Below, piece by piece: positions 62,910 through 64,000 of a DNA stretch of 64,000 nucleotides. Each line of letters starts with the position of its first letter. Position 1 is the first letter of the stretch. This DNA is from Blepharisma stoltei ATCC 30299 (lineage: Eukaryota; Protista; Ciliophora), in assembly GCA_965603825.1 (NCBI GenBank), contig CBFDEM010000027.1, positions 248,001-312,000 on the forward strand, written 5' to 3'. The position numbers were made by a program, and so were the translations under genes. The notes beneath the pieces are model-generated. The model was not told the origin of the DNA. It searched no databases and saw only the letters and a program-made list of their open reading frames with translations.

Positions 62910-64000
62910 ATGAAATGCACATTTAAAGGTAAAATTGAGCGATATTCTCAAGCTTTACACTCCAAGACGTGGGAACTGTTTGACAAGGTTTCAGGGAATG
63001 AATATGTCTGGGGAAATATTGTGAGAAGGGCAAAGTATTGAAGAGAATGGGATGTAAAGGTGGGGAACTCAGCTGCACAAAAGTTATTAAAAGTAGGGAA
63101 AAATCCTTTCGATCTTCTGCATTTAGGGATCTATGGCGTTAAAACGGGGCAGGCGAAATACCTGGAGAAAATGCAAAATGAATGAAAGACAGTAGGCCCA
63201 ATGATCGGGATAGATGAAATGGTAGCCTTGGAAAAAGTCTTAATGCAAGAAGAAGGACAAGAAAACAGAAATATTATTAGAGCCCAGTATAAGCCTGAAT
63301 GAAAAGCACTAAACTATATCAAATATCTGAATCATCCAGATGTCTCGAATATTGAGATCTCTGAGAACAGCAGAGAAATCGCAATAGAAATTGAAGGGAG
63401 ATGAATAGTCCTTGTAGGCTGTACAGCAGACGAAATGCCTTTAAATCCTATTCTCAATCTAATCAATAGGTACAGAATCCAGGCTATATCTGTCCCCTTG
63501 CCCCACCCAGAAACTCTGATTTCTTCTGAAGAGGCTAGGCTTTATATTAACAAGTTAGTTGAGGACAGGTCAAGCTACAGAGAAGAGCCAGGAGTTCAAA
63601 TGATAGCAAAAAATCAATTTGGGCTGAAAATGAACGATATTTATTCCACAATGGTTCTTAGATCTTGCTCAATGAAGCAGAAAATATTACTATCTGCTCC
63701 ATCAAACGAAACCTTGATGACTTGGGCGACACAAATCCCTGATATCAAACAGTATTTTGATGAAGTCCGAGTTGCCACGTTTTTGGATTTATGTGAAGTT
63801 CTGGATTCAGTCGCTGAAAAAGGTTGCAATTTATGCACGAAATCTAAGAAAGTCCCAACTGAAAAGTTTGTTCACTCACTGCTATCATCTGATGAATTAA
63901 CTGAGCAGTATATGGACTATATGGCCTTCAAAATCCAAAGCTTCACGAATAAAGAAAACGTTCTTATTCTTCTACCAATTTATTTGCTGCATACATTTGC
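62910..64000 (+). CDS. Hypothetical protein, truncated by window end
   Basis: More than 360 codons without TAA/TAG (four TGA); absent from ORF track. Confidence 0.78.

Noticed and set aside
942-63838. Numerous antisense/overlapping ORFs in the track (e.g. 942-1235, 8955-9374, 19058-19555, 37050-37367, 49501-49788, 55811-56281, 63641-63838)
   Set aside because: Shadows of real genes on the opposite strand or in another frame; no motifs
1-64000. Reading split ORFs as pseudogenes or separate genes
   Set aside because: Breaks are TGA at Trp positions or tiny introns; only 47958-49000 has true TAG/frameshift lesions
1-64000. Selenocysteine or Cys reading of TGA; hairpins as SECIS
   Set aside because: TGAs align to Trp, and the hairpins lack the AUGA/GA quartet and are not at the ends of candidate selenoprotein genes
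1-64000. tRNA, rRNA, CRISPR array, transposase/RT genes
   Set aside because: None recognised by eye; a tRNAscan/Infernal run would be needed to exclude small ncRNAs

Overview
Gene-dense, AT-rich eukaryotic DNA, not prokaryotic. In-frame TGA is read as Trp: it sits at conserved Trp positions such as HAD DxDGV(L/I)W, and TAA/TAG are the only stops. The window has 14 tiny GT-AG introns (13 of 15 nt, one of 16 nt), all with an A six nt from the 3' end. This combination points to a heterotrich ciliate macronuclear genome, Blepharisma-like (inference). The supplied standard-code ORF track fragments most genes and misses some; re-reading gives about 41 coding genes plus one pseudogene. Recognisable genes: V-ATPase c, small Tim, EF-hand PIP5K, TBC1D5, CDC50, THOC7-like, ATE1, membrane cNMP PDE, TMEM87/GPR107, two HAD-IIA phosphatases, a PILS/AEC transporter, GDPD, a C2H2 protein, FIG4/SAC, two tandem kelch/Cys-rich receptors, PP6, a Nup98-like protein, PP2C and an alpha-arrestin. 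Best leads: an ArgRS N-terminal-like tRNA-binding domain inside ATE1; a hidden PARP-zinc-finger/F-box gene; absence of TGA-Trp near 3' ends; a ~720-bp fold-back; two GC-rich hairpins; a GDPD/HAD/transporter cluster; a PF-repeat Nup98; and 5-21 nt intergenic spacers. All family calls are by motif recognition only; no searches were run.
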